This document shows positions 16,273-25,833 of a stretch of 39,399 nucleotides of DNA, piece after piece. The stretch is from the IMG/VR virus record IMGVR_UViG_3300017548_000184, positions 1-39,399 of that record. One strand, 5' to 3'. This DNA is from a virus (taxonomy: Duplodnaviria > Caudoviricetes). Below the pieces are notes generated by a model. The model saw only the letters and a list, made by a program, of their open reading frames with translations. It searched no databases and was not told the DNA's origin. Positions within the stretch are counted from its first letter, which is position 1, and each line of letters starts with the position of its first letter. The position numbers and the translations under genes were made by a program.

Positions 16273-17982
16273 TCAGTAGGCCGCTGCCGGAACCTCGGCG
16301 CCCGGAGCGGCCCGCTGCACCTGCCGGCTGAATGCATCCAGCATGCGCGAGAGGTCAGTCTGCATCGGCGAGGCTCCCCGGCGCGTCCCGCGCTCGGCGG
16401 CCGCCGCGACTGCGGCCGGGTCGTCCCGGGTCGTGATGTTGATCGTGGTCTCGTTGTTGATCGTCGCGCCTGCGCCGGGTCCCGCAGGCGGAAGCAGTGC
16501 ACCGGGGGTCACAGCCATGCCGCCAAGGGAGCCGGCTGCGCCTTCGCTCCCCAGACCGAATTGCCGCATGACCCAATCCGGCATTGAGAGCAGGCCGTCG
16601 CGGAGCAACTGGAAGAACCCGCTGACCGCATCGCGCGCTCGGGAGAAGGCGTCGGGGATGGCTCGGATCATCCCAACGAGACGCTCGAAGCGCTCTCCAA
16701 TCCAGTCCAGACCGCCCTCGAAGCCTGCGCGCAACGAGGCCCATGCCGACGATATGTCGGAGATGCTATTCGTCCAGACCTGACCGACATACACCGCGGC
16801 CCGGCCGAGGGCATCCATTGCGCCCGACAGCCCCTCGCCGAGGGCGGCGCCGACGCCTTCAATCTGCGACTCCAACCACTTTGCGAATGTCCGGACCGGC
16901 TCCGCGAGCTCGACGAACCACCGCCGCCAGTTCTCGAAGTCCCCGATCAGGTCGCCGATGACCGATCCGTGGCCCTGGACCCACTGATAGAGGTCCTCCA
17001 GCAGAAGTATGAGGCCGGCGATCAGCGCCAACGGCCAGAACCCCACAACTTGCGCAGCGAAGAAGCGCCAGAGCGCACGCGACGCGGCAACCAGTGTGGG
17101 GATCAACACCGCCGCCAAGGCGACTGCGAGCACCTTGGCCGCATTTGCTGCGCCGCCCAGCAGATCGATGATGCGCCTGAGTCCCCTGACGAGCAGTTGC
17201 GCGGTCCACACGATCGACCTCGCCGCGCCGCTGAAGGCATTGGCAGCCTTGCCGGTCTCATAGACCAGCTTCGACAGCTCGTTGCCGGCGACCGTGAACG
17301 CCTGGGAGATGGTGAGAGGCGCCGTCTCGAACTCGCGCCGAAGAACGTCCGACTGTTTCAGCAGTGCCTGCACCACGGCGTCCGCGGTGAGTAGGCCCTG
17401 CTGGGCCATCTTCCGCAGCTCGCCGTATGGCTTCCCCATCCCGTCCGCGATTGCGCGCATCAGGCGGGGCGCATTCTCCATCAGCGACCGGAACTCGTCA
17501 CCCTGGAGCCGTCCGGAGGCGAGCGCCTGGCTGAGCTGCAGGATGGCCGCGGAGGCCTGACCGGCCCCGGCGCCGCCGATGGCCAACGCCCGGTTGATGT
17601 CCTCCGTGAGTTGGAGCAATTGCGCCTGGTTGACGCCCAATTCCTCCGAACTGCGCGCGACCGACGCGAACAGCTCCGCCGTCGCCGTGAAGGATGCCCG
17701 GGTCGCCTGGGCGATCCCAAACAGCCCCTCCATCGCCTCGGTGTGCTCCGCGACGGACTTGGTGGCGAGCTTGACCCGCGCATCGACGCTGGCCCATTCG
17801 TCCACCATCCGGACCAGGCCGCCGCCCACCGCGGCTGAGAGCTGGGCGAGGATGAAGCCAGCCGCCGTCTCGAAGATGCGGGACGTGCGCCGGGTGGACG
17901 CCGCGACCGCGCGCTCGTTGTCGCGAAGGCCCTTCTCATCGACCTTGTATCCCAGGAGGGAGATGAGTTCGCGGACGATCAT
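16273..17982 (-). CDS. Tail tape measure protein
   Basis: MIVRELISLLGY; tape-measure domain AILQLSQALASGRLQGDEFRSLMENAP; hydrophobic segments; W-spaced repeats. Confidence 0.92.
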   Translation of the reverse strand: MIVRELISLLGYKVDEKGLRDNERAVAASTRRTSRIFETAAGFILAQLSAAVGGGLVRMVDEWASVDARVKLATKSVAEHTEAMEGLFGIAQATRASFTATAELFASVARSSEELGVNQAQLLQLTEDINRALAIGGAGAGQASAAILQLSQALASGRLQGDEFRSLMENAPRLMRAIADGMGKPYGELRKMAQQGLLTADAVVQALLKQSDVLRREFETAPLTISQAFTVAGNELSKLVYETGKAANAFSGAARSIVWTAQLLVRGLRRIIDLLGGAANAAKVLAVALAAVLIPTLVAASRALWRFFAAQVVGFWPLALIAGLILLLEDLYQWVQGHGSVIGDLIGDFENWRRWFVELAEPVRTFAKWLESQIEGVGAALGEGLSGAMDALGRAAVYVGQVWTNSISDISSAWASLRAGFEGGLDWIGERFERLVGMIRAIPDAFSRARDAVSGFFQLLRDGLLSMPDWVMRQFGLGSEGAAGSLGGMAVTPGALLPPAGPGAGATINNETTINITTRDDPAAVAAAAERGTRRGASPMQTDLSRMLDAFSRQVQRAAPGAEVPAAAY

Positions 17983-18239
17983 TTGTTCCGGGCCTGTGCT
18001 GCCGCCTTGTCCATGGCCGCCTGCTGCGTGGCGTCCACCATGTCCATCAGCGCGTTGAGCTTGAGCAGGTCTTCGACATCGACGAGGCCCTCATTGACCT
18101 CGGTCATCGTCACGTGGCCGGCGAGCACCGGCCGCCAGAACAGCAGTTCCGGGATTAGGTCTTCGCGGAGGCGGCCGACGGGCTCCTGATGCCGGAGAGG
18201 ACCTCGCCAATACGGGTCGGCGCCTGCGCGAAAAAAGGG
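17979..18239 (-). CDS. Frameshift-accessed C-terminal part of the tail assembly chaperone (gpGT-like)
   Basis: Stop-free -1 frame from the slippery site to TGA at 17979-81 (ATGA overlap with tape measure): ...EDLIPELLFWRPVLAGHVTMTEVNEGLVDVEDLLKLNALMDM... Confidence 0.72.
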   Translation of the reverse strand, partial: PFFRAGADPYWRGPLRHQEPVGRLREDLIPELLFWRPVLAGHVTMTEVNEGLVDVEDLLKLNALMDMVDATQQAAMDKAAAQARNK

Positions 18240-18622
18240 CCGAACTGCACCACGAATGCCTTCGCGATCAGTACGGTGTACTCGACGAAATCGCCATCGA
18301 GCGCGAGGTTGAGCGCGCCGTCGGTCAGCTTCTGCGGCTCGCCGCCGGCCACCGACACGGACACGAAGTCCGGGTTGAGAATGCGGTCCGCGATGGCCGA
18401 CAGCGTGGCCCCGTCGAGGCTGGCGGACAGCTTCTCCAGGCCTGCGGCGAACGTGGCGGCGTCGATCGTGCCCTCCGCCGTCCGCGCGTCCACGATGGAC
18501 AGCAGCGGCGCCAGCAGCGACTTCTGAAGGTCACCGAAGACCCGCAGCGCCAGTTTCGGATCGAAGCGGCGGATGTAGAAGGTCGAGGAACCGACCTGAT
18601 GCTCTACACGACGCTCGCTCAC
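18155..18622 (-). CDS. Tail assembly chaperone (gpG-like)
   Basis: 155 aa between the tube and tape measure genes; contains the G-P-F-F slippery site. Confidence 0.8.
   Translation of the reverse strand: MSERRVEHQVGSSTFYIRRFDPKLALRVFGDLQKSLLAPLLSIVDARTAEGTIDAATFAAGLEKLSASLDGATLSAIADRILNPDFVSVSVAGGEPQKLTDGALNLALDGDFVEYTVLIAKAFVVQFGPFFAQAPTRIGEVLSGIRSPSAASAKT
18230..18239 (-). other. Programmed -1 ribosomal frameshift site
   Basis: Minus strand C CCT TTT TTC gives two overlapping X XXY YYZ heptamers (CCCTTTT, TTTTTTC) in the correct phase. Confidence 0.75.
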
Positions 18623-19050
18623 GCGGCACCGCCGCCGACAAGATTCACCGTGGGCGCGCCGGTCTCAAGCACCCATTCCCGGGTCGTCACCTCGTTGCTG
18701 TATTCGACATTGGCCTTGCGGACCGGCCACGCCTGCTCCGCGGCAAACAGGCTGTCGCCGCACAGGTCCTGCACCGTGACCGGGAACGTGCCTCCGCAGG
18801 TCATTGCATCGATGTCGGCCAGCGTGGAGAGGACCGTGTTCGCGGGGCTCGTCTGCTGCAGCGTGAGCGTGACGCGGTGCCGCTGGTCGGAGGAGAGCGC
18901 GCGGGCCACCTCACCGTCCGCGCCCGCCTGGCTCGTGGCGCCGTCAGAGACCCGCTCGATCTGCACGAACGTGCCATCGGCGAACCCGTTGATCTCTTGC
19001 CCGGCGACGGTGACCACCACCTTCCCGGGCGAATAGGTACGAACGGCCAT
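18619..19050 (-). CDS. Tail tube protein (DUF3277 family)
   Basis: TYSP..V.VTVAG..I.GFADG, GADGE, TLTLQQTSP.N, REW motifs; follows the sheath. Confidence 0.85.
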   Translation of the reverse strand: MAVRTYSPGKVVVTVAGQEINGFADGTFVQIERVSDGATSQAGADGEVARALSSDQRHRVTLTLQQTSPANTVLSTLADIDAMTCGGTFPVTVQDLCGDSLFAAEQAWPVRKANVEYSNEVTTREWVLETGAPTVNLVGGGAA

Positions 19051-19065
19051 CGGATCAGGCTCCTA

Positions 19066-20139
19066 TCAGGCGGCCACGAGGGTGGGATCGAGTACCAGCT
19101 CGCCGCGGATCTGCGTCGCGTGGATCGCGCCGGCGAGGCGGGCGGTGAACGTCAGGTCCCGCAGGATGCGGTTCGCCTTGTCGTTCACCGGCACGTTCAC
19201 GGAGAGCGGGACGCTGATCGAGTAGGACGGGATGACGTTCGCATCCTCGTCCAACTCCGGCTCCGCGATTCCGCCGCGGCGGACCATCAGGTCGAGGGCG
19301 GCACGCACCGCCTGCGCGATGCGCGCGATGCCGCGATCGGTGAACGGCACCCGCGCGTTGCGGAGGGTCTGCACCACGTTCACCCGGATCTGCTCGCACA
19401 GCGCGTCGCGGGTCCGGATGACGTCGATGAACTCGCCGCCGGCGACCTTGCCGTTCTGCGTCAGGGCCCAGTTCCGGAACGGCTCATAGGTGTTGCCGTT
19501 CTTGGCGAACACCGCCTGGGCGTTCGTCTCGGTGAGGTTGGTCGCGGCGACCGCCGACAGCGCCTGGTTGGCGTAGGTCTCTCCGCCCGGCAGGATCGTG
19601 AACTGGCGGGAGAGCAGCGCGGCATCGGGCCAGTTCTCGTTCGCGTCCGGATGATAGAACCATGCCGTACGCAGGTATCCGTTGGTCATCAGGGTCGCAG
19701 CCGTGCTGGCGCCGCCGGCGAGGTTGTCGGCATTGCTGAGCGTCGTCAGGAACAGCTTCTCCCGCGCCTCGATCCACGCCGCGAAATCGGGCACATCGGC
19801 CTCGACATGGTCCGCGTTGATCGCAGCGTACCAGTCGTTGTTCGCCGCCTCGATCGCGGTCATCGCCGTCGTGACGGTCTCACCGTCGTCGCGCCGGCCG
19901 AGGAACACCCGCGAGAGGTGAGGCGTCTGGCTGAAGGCCGCGAGCGCGGCCCGGTAGATCGGCGCGTCCTCGTCGCCCTCGGCCAGCTCCAGCGCCTGTG
20001 CTGCGCTGGTGATGATCTCGACTCGACCCGCGCTGTCGTCGTACTCGCCGACGAGCAGGATGTCCGAGAAGGCCTGCTGCTGAAGCCCCGCGGTTCGGAG
20101 CGCGATCTGCACATCGACGATGCGCTCAAGGTTCGCCAT
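19066..20139 (-). CDS. Contractile tail sheath protein (DUF3383 family)
   Basis: IVDVQI, Y.AA.A.FSQTP, DWY, GKVAGGEFIDVIR..D.L, VPFTD.GI, LAGAIH motifs. Confidence 0.9.
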   Translation of the reverse strand: MANLERIVDVQIALRTAGLQQQAFSDILLVGEYDDSAGRVEIITSAAQALELAEGDEDAPIYRAALAAFSQTPHLSRVFLGRRDDGETVTTAMTAIEAANNDWYAAINADHVEADVPDFAAWIEAREKLFLTTLSNADNLAGGASTAATLMTNGYLRTAWFYHPDANENWPDAALLSRQFTILPGGETYANQALSAVAATNLTETNAQAVFAKNGNTYEPFRNWALTQNGKVAGGEFIDVIRTRDALCEQIRVNVVQTLRNARVPFTDRGIARIAQAVRAALDLMVRRGGIAEPELDEDANVIPSYSISVPLSVNVPVNDKANRILRDLTFTARLAGAIHATQIRGELVLDPTLVAA

Positions 20140-20674
20140 CGGTCTCTCCCTCGGAGATGGTCAGAGTGACGTCCAGGTGTTCGGTGGTGGTGGTGCCGGT
20201 CATCTCGCCCTCGACCTCCACCGTCTCGATGAGGCCGACCGGATCGACGTCGTGGCCGCTGAACAGCAGTGCGACCTCCAGCATGGCCCGCTCCTCGAAC
20301 TGGCTGTCCGAGACGAGCTGCGACAGGTTCGTGACGCCGATGCGCCGGCCGATGGCGATGCCGAGTTGGACGGCCCGGTCCACGTGCTGATCGAACCGCA
20401 GCCGCTTGGTGAGCGAGGCGATCGCGTTCTCCGCGCCCGTGCCGTAGGCCTGCACCTCCAGCGTCGCGGAGGTCGGATTGTCGAGGTCCTGTTCGCCGTC
20501 CGCGGTGACCTCGCCTCGCGCGTCGTTCTCGGCCGGCGTCGCGGCCATGAGGCGCAGGGTGAGATACGGTAATGCCGGGCGCGGCGCGTTCTGGTCGGCC
20601 CAGATCAGCGTGAGGGGAGCGACGATGGGCGAGATGAGCTGCCACACCGCCGAGCGCAGCGTGGCGTCAAACAC
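20126..20674 (-). CDS. Neck/tail terminator protein
   Basis: GTG at 20674; IWADQNAPRPALPY, VQAYG, FEERA motifs; precedes the sheath. Confidence 0.75.
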   Translation of the reverse strand: MFDATLRSAVWQLISPIVAPLTLIWADQNAPRPALPYLTLRLMAATPAENDARGEVTADGEQDLDNPTSATLEVQAYGTGAENAIASLTKRLRFDQHVDRAVQLGIAIGRRIGVTNLSQLVSDSQFEERAMLEVALLFSGHDVDPVGLIETVEVEGEMTGTTTTEHLDVTLTISEGETDGEP

Positions 20675-21050
20675 CCGTCCCCTGCCCTTCCGCCTCACGG
20701 ACGGCGAGGTAGCGGTTGTGGGACACGCTGGTGCCGAGCTGGTCGCGAGCGTGCTGGCCGATCACGAGGTAGCGCTCTCCGCGGATGATGGCGATGTCGC
20801 CCGGGTGCTGGCCCGCGGCGGTGGCACCGGCCGGGGTCAGCGTGTCGTCGGTGTAGATGCGCATCAGACCGTCGAGGCGGCGACCGGACTGCTCGGCCTG
20901 CATGCGCTCGTAGTCGGCGGCGGTGGCCGGCTGAACGGTCGCCATGATGCCGGTCGCGGCCGGCTCGACGGCCGGCACGTAGACGCCCTGGACGAACGTG
21001 CCGAGCGTCCGCCGGATGACCGAGAGCGGGCGGCGAAATGAGGTAGCCAT
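20667..21050 (-). CDS. Head-tail joining (head closure) protein
   Basis: ATG at 21050; G.FVQGVY, ATVQP, RIYTD, GD.....GERY.V pattern. Confidence 0.7.
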   Translation of the reverse strand: MATSFRRPLSVIRRTLGTFVQGVYVPAVEPAATGIMATVQPATAADYERMQAEQSGRRLDGLMRIYTDDTLTPAGATAAGQHPGDIAIIRGERYLVIGQHARDQLGTSVSHNRYLAVREAEGQGTGV

Positions 21051-21592
21051 CAGCTGGTCGCGCCGAGCTTGGTCCGCACCCACCGGATCGACTGCCGCAG
21101 TCGGCCCGTGTCGATGAGGGGTTTGCTGCTGCCCTTGGCGCGCACCGTGGCGGGTGCGTTCGCCGCCCAAGGTCCGGCGGTCAGCTTCGCTTGAACTCTC
21201 CCTTGGAACCACTCGCCGACAGTCTTCAGGACAGTCTCGGCTGTAGCGGTTCCATCGATCACCTTTCCGACCAGATGTCGCGAAAGCGTCTCAAAGCGTG
21301 GCCTGTACTGGTCTGCTGCCTCTCGCATGAACGGTCGCGCGGGGATGTCGCTTGTCCCGAGCTCGTTCCACGCGGCAACGTCGGCCAGGTACGGTCCGAC
21401 ATGTGGGCCGAACGTCTCGCCGCGGCGTGCCCTGCCGCTCTTCGTCCGTGGCGGGTCGGGGTCCGTCCGTCCGGCGTCGCTCTGAACGCCGACCTTCACG
21501 CCTTCTCCATCGAGATCAGCGACGGCCTTGCGAATGCGATCAAAGCCTCGGTCTCGGACCACCACCCGTCGGGCCACCGGCTTCATCGCCAC
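21050..21592 (-). CDS. Neck protein (HK97 gp10-like)
   Basis: VKVGV, AAWNELGT..IPARPFMR, NAPATVRAKGSSKPLIDTGRLRQSI motifs. Confidence 0.82.
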   Translation of the reverse strand: MAMKPVARRVVVRDRGFDRIRKAVADLDGEGVKVGVQSDAGRTDPDPPRTKSGRARRGETFGPHVGPYLADVAAWNELGTSDIPARPFMREAADQYRPRFETLSRHLVGKVIDGTATAETVLKTVGEWFQGRVQAKLTAGPWAANAPATVRAKGSSKPLIDTGRLRQSIRWVRTKLGATS

Positions 21593-21598
21593 GTCCGG

Positions 21599-22000
21599 TC
21601 ACCCGAACCGGGTCATGATGGCCCCGCGCCCGCAGAGCCGCGCTAGCGCTCGGTACCGGGCGAACGGCGTGGTCGGTCCGGTTTCGAGGTCGGCGGAGTT
21701 CCCACCACCGTCCGCGTAGGTGCGCTGGATATCGCCTTCGCGCTCCGACGTGATGGGGCCGGCCAGAACAGAGACGCCGCTGCCGCCCGGACCTGCTTGC
21801 AGGTCCCGCAGCCGGCCATCAAGAAGGAAAGCCGCATAATGCGCGACCGCCTCGTTCTGACGGTCCTCCGAAAGGCAGGTCGGCCGACGGGCGTCAGCCA
21901 TGGCAAGCGCCCGGTTCCGCGCCTCCTCGTCCTGGAAGGATGGTCCTCCCTCCTCGAAGAAGCGCGGATACAGGAACGCGAGGTACTCGGCAGGCGTCAC
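21599..22000 (-). CDS. Head-tail adaptor (DUF4054 family)
   Basis: GTG at 22000; F...YP.F, A..AA..L, GPITSEREGDIQRTY motifs. Confidence 0.78.
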   Translation of the reverse strand: MTPAEYLAFLYPRFFEEGGPSFQDEEARNRALAMADARRPTCLSEDRQNEAVAHYAAFLLDGRLRDLQAGPGGSGVSVLAGPITSEREGDIQRTYADGGGNSADLETGPTTPFARYRALARLCGRGAIMTRFG

Positions 22001-22233
22001 GCCGCGGGAGGAGCCTTGGGCGGCGCCTTCGCATCGCCCTTGGGCGGCGCTTTCGCCTCCGGCGCGGCGGCGGCGCCAGAGCCCGCCTCGATCTTGAGGT
22101 CCCCGCGCGCGACGAGCGTCTGGACGCGCTTGTGCGACAACGCGGCGTCCTTGACCTCGGTTGGGACCGTGGGAACCAGCGGCACGCCGCCGACGATCAG
22201 CATACGCGCGGTCGTGTTGAGCACCTTCGCCAT
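21997..22233 (-). CDS. Small head-associated protein (packaging-chaperone position)
   Basis: 78 aa, ATG 2 nt after the capsid stop; Ala/Pro/Lys-rich tail. Confidence 0.6.
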   Translation of the reverse strand: MAKVLNTTARMLIVGGVPLVPTVPTEVKDAALSHKRVQTLVARGDLKIEAGSGAAAAPEAKAPPKGDAKAPPKAPPAA

Positions 22234-22235
22234 GG

Positions 22236-23243
22236 TCAGATCCCCACCGCGCGCAAGAACGCCAGAGGGTACCGCACCTGCACGCCCGCATGCCGCGCCA
22301 GGCACGGCACCACGAACTCCAGGTTCCGGGCCTGCGGTGGCTGCTGGTTGAAGGCCATGACCAGCTCGGAGGAGAAGTTCTCCTCATTGCGCTCGTAGAG
22401 CAGCGCAACATCTTCGCCCTCGTCGGCACCGACGCATTCGTAGACGGGCTCAATGCGCACGCCCGGGTGCATGCGCTGCCAGAAGGACCCGGCCGTCTCC
22501 TGGCTGTCCGTCAGACGCTTGCTGAATGCGGCGGCATGCGCGGCCGGCGGCAGGGCGAGGAAGTTGGGCGTGTGCACGCCAAAGCCCTGCAGGATGAAGG
22601 ACGTCCACATGATGTTGAGGTCGTCGAGGATGTCATCGCCGGTCGTGCCGGCGTCGTTCCAGTCTCCGGTGAGGCCGGTTGCCTCTCCGATGTTCGGGTG
22701 GTTGAGGAACCCGAGCAGGTTGTAGTCGGCATCGCCCATCAGGGTGATGCGGTTGATCTTCTGCTCGATTGCCAGGCGCGCCGCGGCCGCCTTGCGGGTG
22801 TCCAGGCCGGCGCCGAGCGCGCGGGAGGCCCGGAGCTCGTTGATGTTGTAGCCGTAGGAGTCACCGATATCCCGGACGCGGACGGTGACCTCGCGGCCTC
22901 GGACGTCGGCCCGCGGCAGGTCGTCGGCGTAGTTCGCGATGATCTTCGCGATGCCGACGCTGTCGTACATCCGGTAGGTGATGGTCTCGGCCCACTCGGG
23001 CGCATCCGAGGTGGTGGGCACGAGCAACGCGCCCTTCATCTGCGGATACTTCTTGTCGTAGGTCCGCGCCTTCACATAGTCGAGCTGCCGCGCCAGCAGC
23101 AGCGCGTTGTCGGCCGCATCCTCGACGACCGGCCGCAGCAGCGTGCTCGACAGCGCATCGATCGATGCGAGGTCGGCCTCATCGTACGACACGTGCTCCG
23201 CGGCATCGAACCGAGGCGCGACGGTGATCTCTTCGTTATCCAT
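22236..23243 (-). CDS. Major capsid protein (DUF2184 family)
   Basis: ARQLDYV....Y...YP, G.AKIIANYADDLP, SYGYN..EL, GFLNHPNI, GV.VRYP.A motifs; AAAGGA RBS. Confidence 0.9.
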   Translation of the reverse strand: MDNEEITVAPRFDAAEHVSYDEADLASIDALSSTLLRPVVEDAADNALLLARQLDYVKARTYDKKYPQMKGALLVPTTSDAPEWAETITYRMYDSVGIAKIIANYADDLPRADVRGREVTVRVRDIGDSYGYNINELRASRALGAGLDTRKAAAARLAIEQKINRITLMGDADYNLLGFLNHPNIGEATGLTGDWNDAGTTGDDILDDLNIMWTSFILQGFGVHTPNFLALPPAAHAAAFSKRLTDSQETAGSFWQRMHPGVRIEPVYECVGADEGEDVALLYERNEENFSSELVMAFNQQPPQARNLEFVVPCLARHAGVQVRYPLAFLRAVGI

Positions 23244-23270
23244 GGGTCGGATGTCCTTTCGTCGGCCCGA

Positions 23271-23762
23271 TTACGGCTCTTCCACCACGACGGTGGTCGT
23301 GGCGAGCGGATGGCCGAGACGGATCTGCGCCAGCACGACCGGCGTCTCGTCGAACCCGCCGCCCATGCTGATGGCGCCGCTCTCGAACAGCGCGTTGGGG
23401 AACAGGTTCGCGCCGCCGTCCGAGACGGTCCCGTCAGACGCGTAGCTGACCGGGCCCCCCTTGGTCACCGTTCCGGCGTTGGTGACGCGCGCCCAGATCG
23501 TGCCGCTGTCGAGGACGTTGACCGCGTCGTACTGGTCGTAGCCGCCCTTCACCGCGTCGATGTGGTCGTGCACCGTGATGCCCGCCGGCACGCTGCTCGC
23601 GACCGACGGCAGGACCGCCTTGCCGGCGAGCTCGTGCACAACGATCCCGAAGCGCAGCTGCGTGGCAGAGCCGGACGGCAGCGTCTTCACGTGCTTCTGC
23701 CGGTTGGTATCCGCCAGCATCCCGGCGAACGCAGCCGACATCTCATAGACGTATCCGGACAT
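23271..23762 (-). CDS. Capsid decoration/cement protein
   Basis: AFAG..AD, FG..V, VNVL..G.IW.R pattern; between the scaffold/protease and capsid genes. Confidence 0.7.
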   Translation of the reverse strand: MSGYVYEMSAAFAGMLADTNRQKHVKTLPSGSATQLRFGIVVHELAGKAVLPSVASSVPAGITVHDHIDAVKGGYDQYDAVNVLDSGTIWARVTNAGTVTKGGPVSYASDGTVSDGGANLFPNALFESGAISMGGGFDETPVVLAQIRLGHPLATTTVVVEEP

Positions 23763-23764
23763 GG

Positions 23765-24913
23765 TCAGTTGCTCCTCGCGCTGGTCTGCATCGGGTCCCG
23801 CGCCATGCCGGCGAGCATCCGGCGACGCGCGTCGCTGGCCGGCAGGCTGCGCGGCCGCTCGTCACCGCGGAGCGATCCGCTCGCGGGGAACTCGGTCTTG
23901 CGGGGCGCCGCGCTGTCACCGCGCGCCGCGCCACCGCCCTTCGCAGCGCCGGCATCGGCCACCGCGAGGTCGTACGCGCTTTCCACGTAGTCATCAGACT
24001 TGCCGTCGAGCTTCAGCGCGTCGCCACGCAGCTTGCGCAGGACCGCCTCGCGGATCTGCCGCGGCGTGTGGTCGTCCTTGACCTCGACACCGTGCTGCTT
24101 TGCGGTTGCCTCCAGGCCGGCCCGCGCACGCACCGCCTCGCCGGCCTCCTTGGCGGCATCCTCACGGGCCTTCTTCAACTCGGCCTCGTGCTCCTTCGCC
24201 TTGGTCTGGAGCGTGTCGCGCTCGGCTTCGGCCGCGTCGGCGCGCTTGTTCGCCGCCACCACGTCGCCGCGCAGCTTCTCGACCTCGCGGACGACCTCGG
24301 GCTCGGCCTGGTATTCGAGGCCACCGTCAAGCCGCACACGGCTCATCGTCCGGGTCGGCGGATTTTCAGCAGGCATGTCTCTCTCCGTCTCGCTGTGTAC
24401 GTCCGCCGCGTCGAGGTTCAGACGGGCGTTGCCCGCGCGGCCACGGGCAACGATCGCCAGGTGGTTGGCGCGAAGCTTGCGCTGGATGCAGTCGTAGGGC
24501 TGGCCGTTGGCTGTGCCCGGCGTGTCGTCAATGTCGGCCACGTAGCCGCAGGACAGCTCGCGCAGTCCCTGATCGGTCACCACCGTCGGCTCATGCACGA
24601 TGACCTCGGCCACCAGGTTCTCGCCGTCCTGCCGTGCGGGGCTGAGGACTGCGCCAATGGCGTGCCGACGCACGTTGCGCGCTTCGACCCGCCCCGGATG
24701 CCCGGCCGTAATGGGCTTGCCGCGCCAGGAGTCGAGATGCTCGCGGGCGAACACCTCCTCGGGCGGCCGGTACTCGCGACGCACGGAGCCATCCGCACGC
24801 CGATATTCGAACACGCCGGTGCGCGTGATGACCGCGGCCGGATCGAGCAGGTAGCCGTCCTCGGTCAGCGTGGCCCGGATCGGGGTCACGTCGAATCGCT
24901 GTTCTGTTGGCAT
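23765..24913 (-). CDS. Prohead protease/scaffold (DUF2213 family)
   Basis: ATG at 24913; TEDGYL, RTGVFEY, YRPPEEVF, KPITAGHP, ELSCGY, NHLAIV.RGRAG; coiled-coil C-terminus. Confidence 0.88.
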   Translation of the reverse strand: MPTEQRFDVTPIRATLTEDGYLLDPAAVITRTGVFEYRRADGSVRREYRPPEEVFAREHLDSWRGKPITAGHPGRVEARNVRRHAIGAVLSPARQDGENLVAEVIVHEPTVVTDQGLRELSCGYVADIDDTPGTANGQPYDCIQRKLRANHLAIVARGRAGNARLNLDAADVHSETERDMPAENPPTRTMSRVRLDGGLEYQAEPEVVREVEKLRGDVVAANKRADAAEAERDTLQTKAKEHEAELKKAREDAAKEAGEAVRARAGLEATAKQHGVEVKDDHTPRQIREAVLRKLRGDALKLDGKSDDYVESAYDLAVADAGAAKGGGAARGDSAAPRKTEFPASGSLRGDERPRSLPASDARRRMLAGMARDPMQTSARSN

Positions 24914-24921
24914 TCGGTCCT

Positions 24922-25833
24922 CTATGGGACGACGAGCGTGTCCGGCGGCAGATCGGCCAGGAAAGGCAGCACGGCCTCCGCCACGCACCGACAACTCACG
25001 GGCTGTCCGGGCTCCTCGCCGATCGATGCAGGCGGCTTGCCCCAGGCGAACGTCTTGCCGTTGACCTCGCGGTGCGACTGCCGCACCCGCTCGTCGCCGG
25101 CGGTGCGCCAGATGTACTCGCTCACGCCGATCGACTGCTGACGTTCACGGGTGATCTGGCCGTTCAGCTTCGCGACCTGGTCGCGGGCGATGAGGCGCGC
25201 CCGGCTCTTCGCCACGCCGAGCCTCTCGCGCGTGATGCGCGCCAGTTCCTCCGTCGTCGTGCCGCGGGCCAGGGCTCGGCCGAATTCTGACTGCATCTGC
25301 GTCACGAGCGTCTGCGGGACGCTCTTGATCAGCGCCGTGTTGTTCATCTCCCACGCATCGAGGAGACCGCGCAGGGCCGGCTCCCGCGCGAAGATGTCCA
25401 CCCCGTACGCTCGCCGCAGCACGCGGCGCCATTCCCGGCCGCTGAAGGCATCGACGTCCGCCTGCATGCGGCGGATCGTCTCCAGCAACTCGCCGTCCAG
25501 ACCGGCGGCCTCCGCGAGGATCCGCGCCAGCATGGCCCGCAGCGCCTCCGGCCACCCGGTGCCGGGCTGCACGCCGGACACGTCGTCCGGTCGATACTGG
25601 CCCGCCTGGACCACCAAGGCCGGCGCGGCGCGCTCGACCTCGGCCATCGCGATCTGCCCGATGCGGGACACGTAACGGGCGAGTTCCGCCTCATACCGTC
25701 GCTCCAGCCCGATCGGGTGGCGCTGGACGTTGCGCCCCTTCGCGCGACGCCGCCCGACGCGGTCGCACCGCAGCTCAGGCGGTAGGCCAAGGGAGGCGCG
25801 CGCGTGGCGGTGGTCGAGGCGCCGCAGCCTCAT
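24922..25833 (-). CDS. Phage minor head/head morphogenesis protein (SPP1 gp7 / Mu gpF family)
   Basis: RARLIARDQVAKLNG, YIWRTAGDERVR.SH, PGQPVSCRC; start inferred from the ATGA overlap. Confidence 0.88.
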   Translation of the reverse strand: MRLRRLDHRHARASLGLPPELRCDRVGRRRAKGRNVQRHPIGLERRYEAELARYVSRIGQIAMAEVERAAPALVVQAGQYRPDDVSGVQPGTGWPEALRAMLARILAEAAGLDGELLETIRRMQADVDAFSGREWRRVLRRAYGVDIFAREPALRGLLDAWEMNNTALIKSVPQTLVTQMQSEFGRALARGTTTEELARITRERLGVAKSRARLIARDQVAKLNGQITRERQQSIGVSEYIWRTAGDERVRQSHREVNGKTFAWGKPPASIGEEPGQPVSCRCVAEAVLPFLADLPPDTLVVP

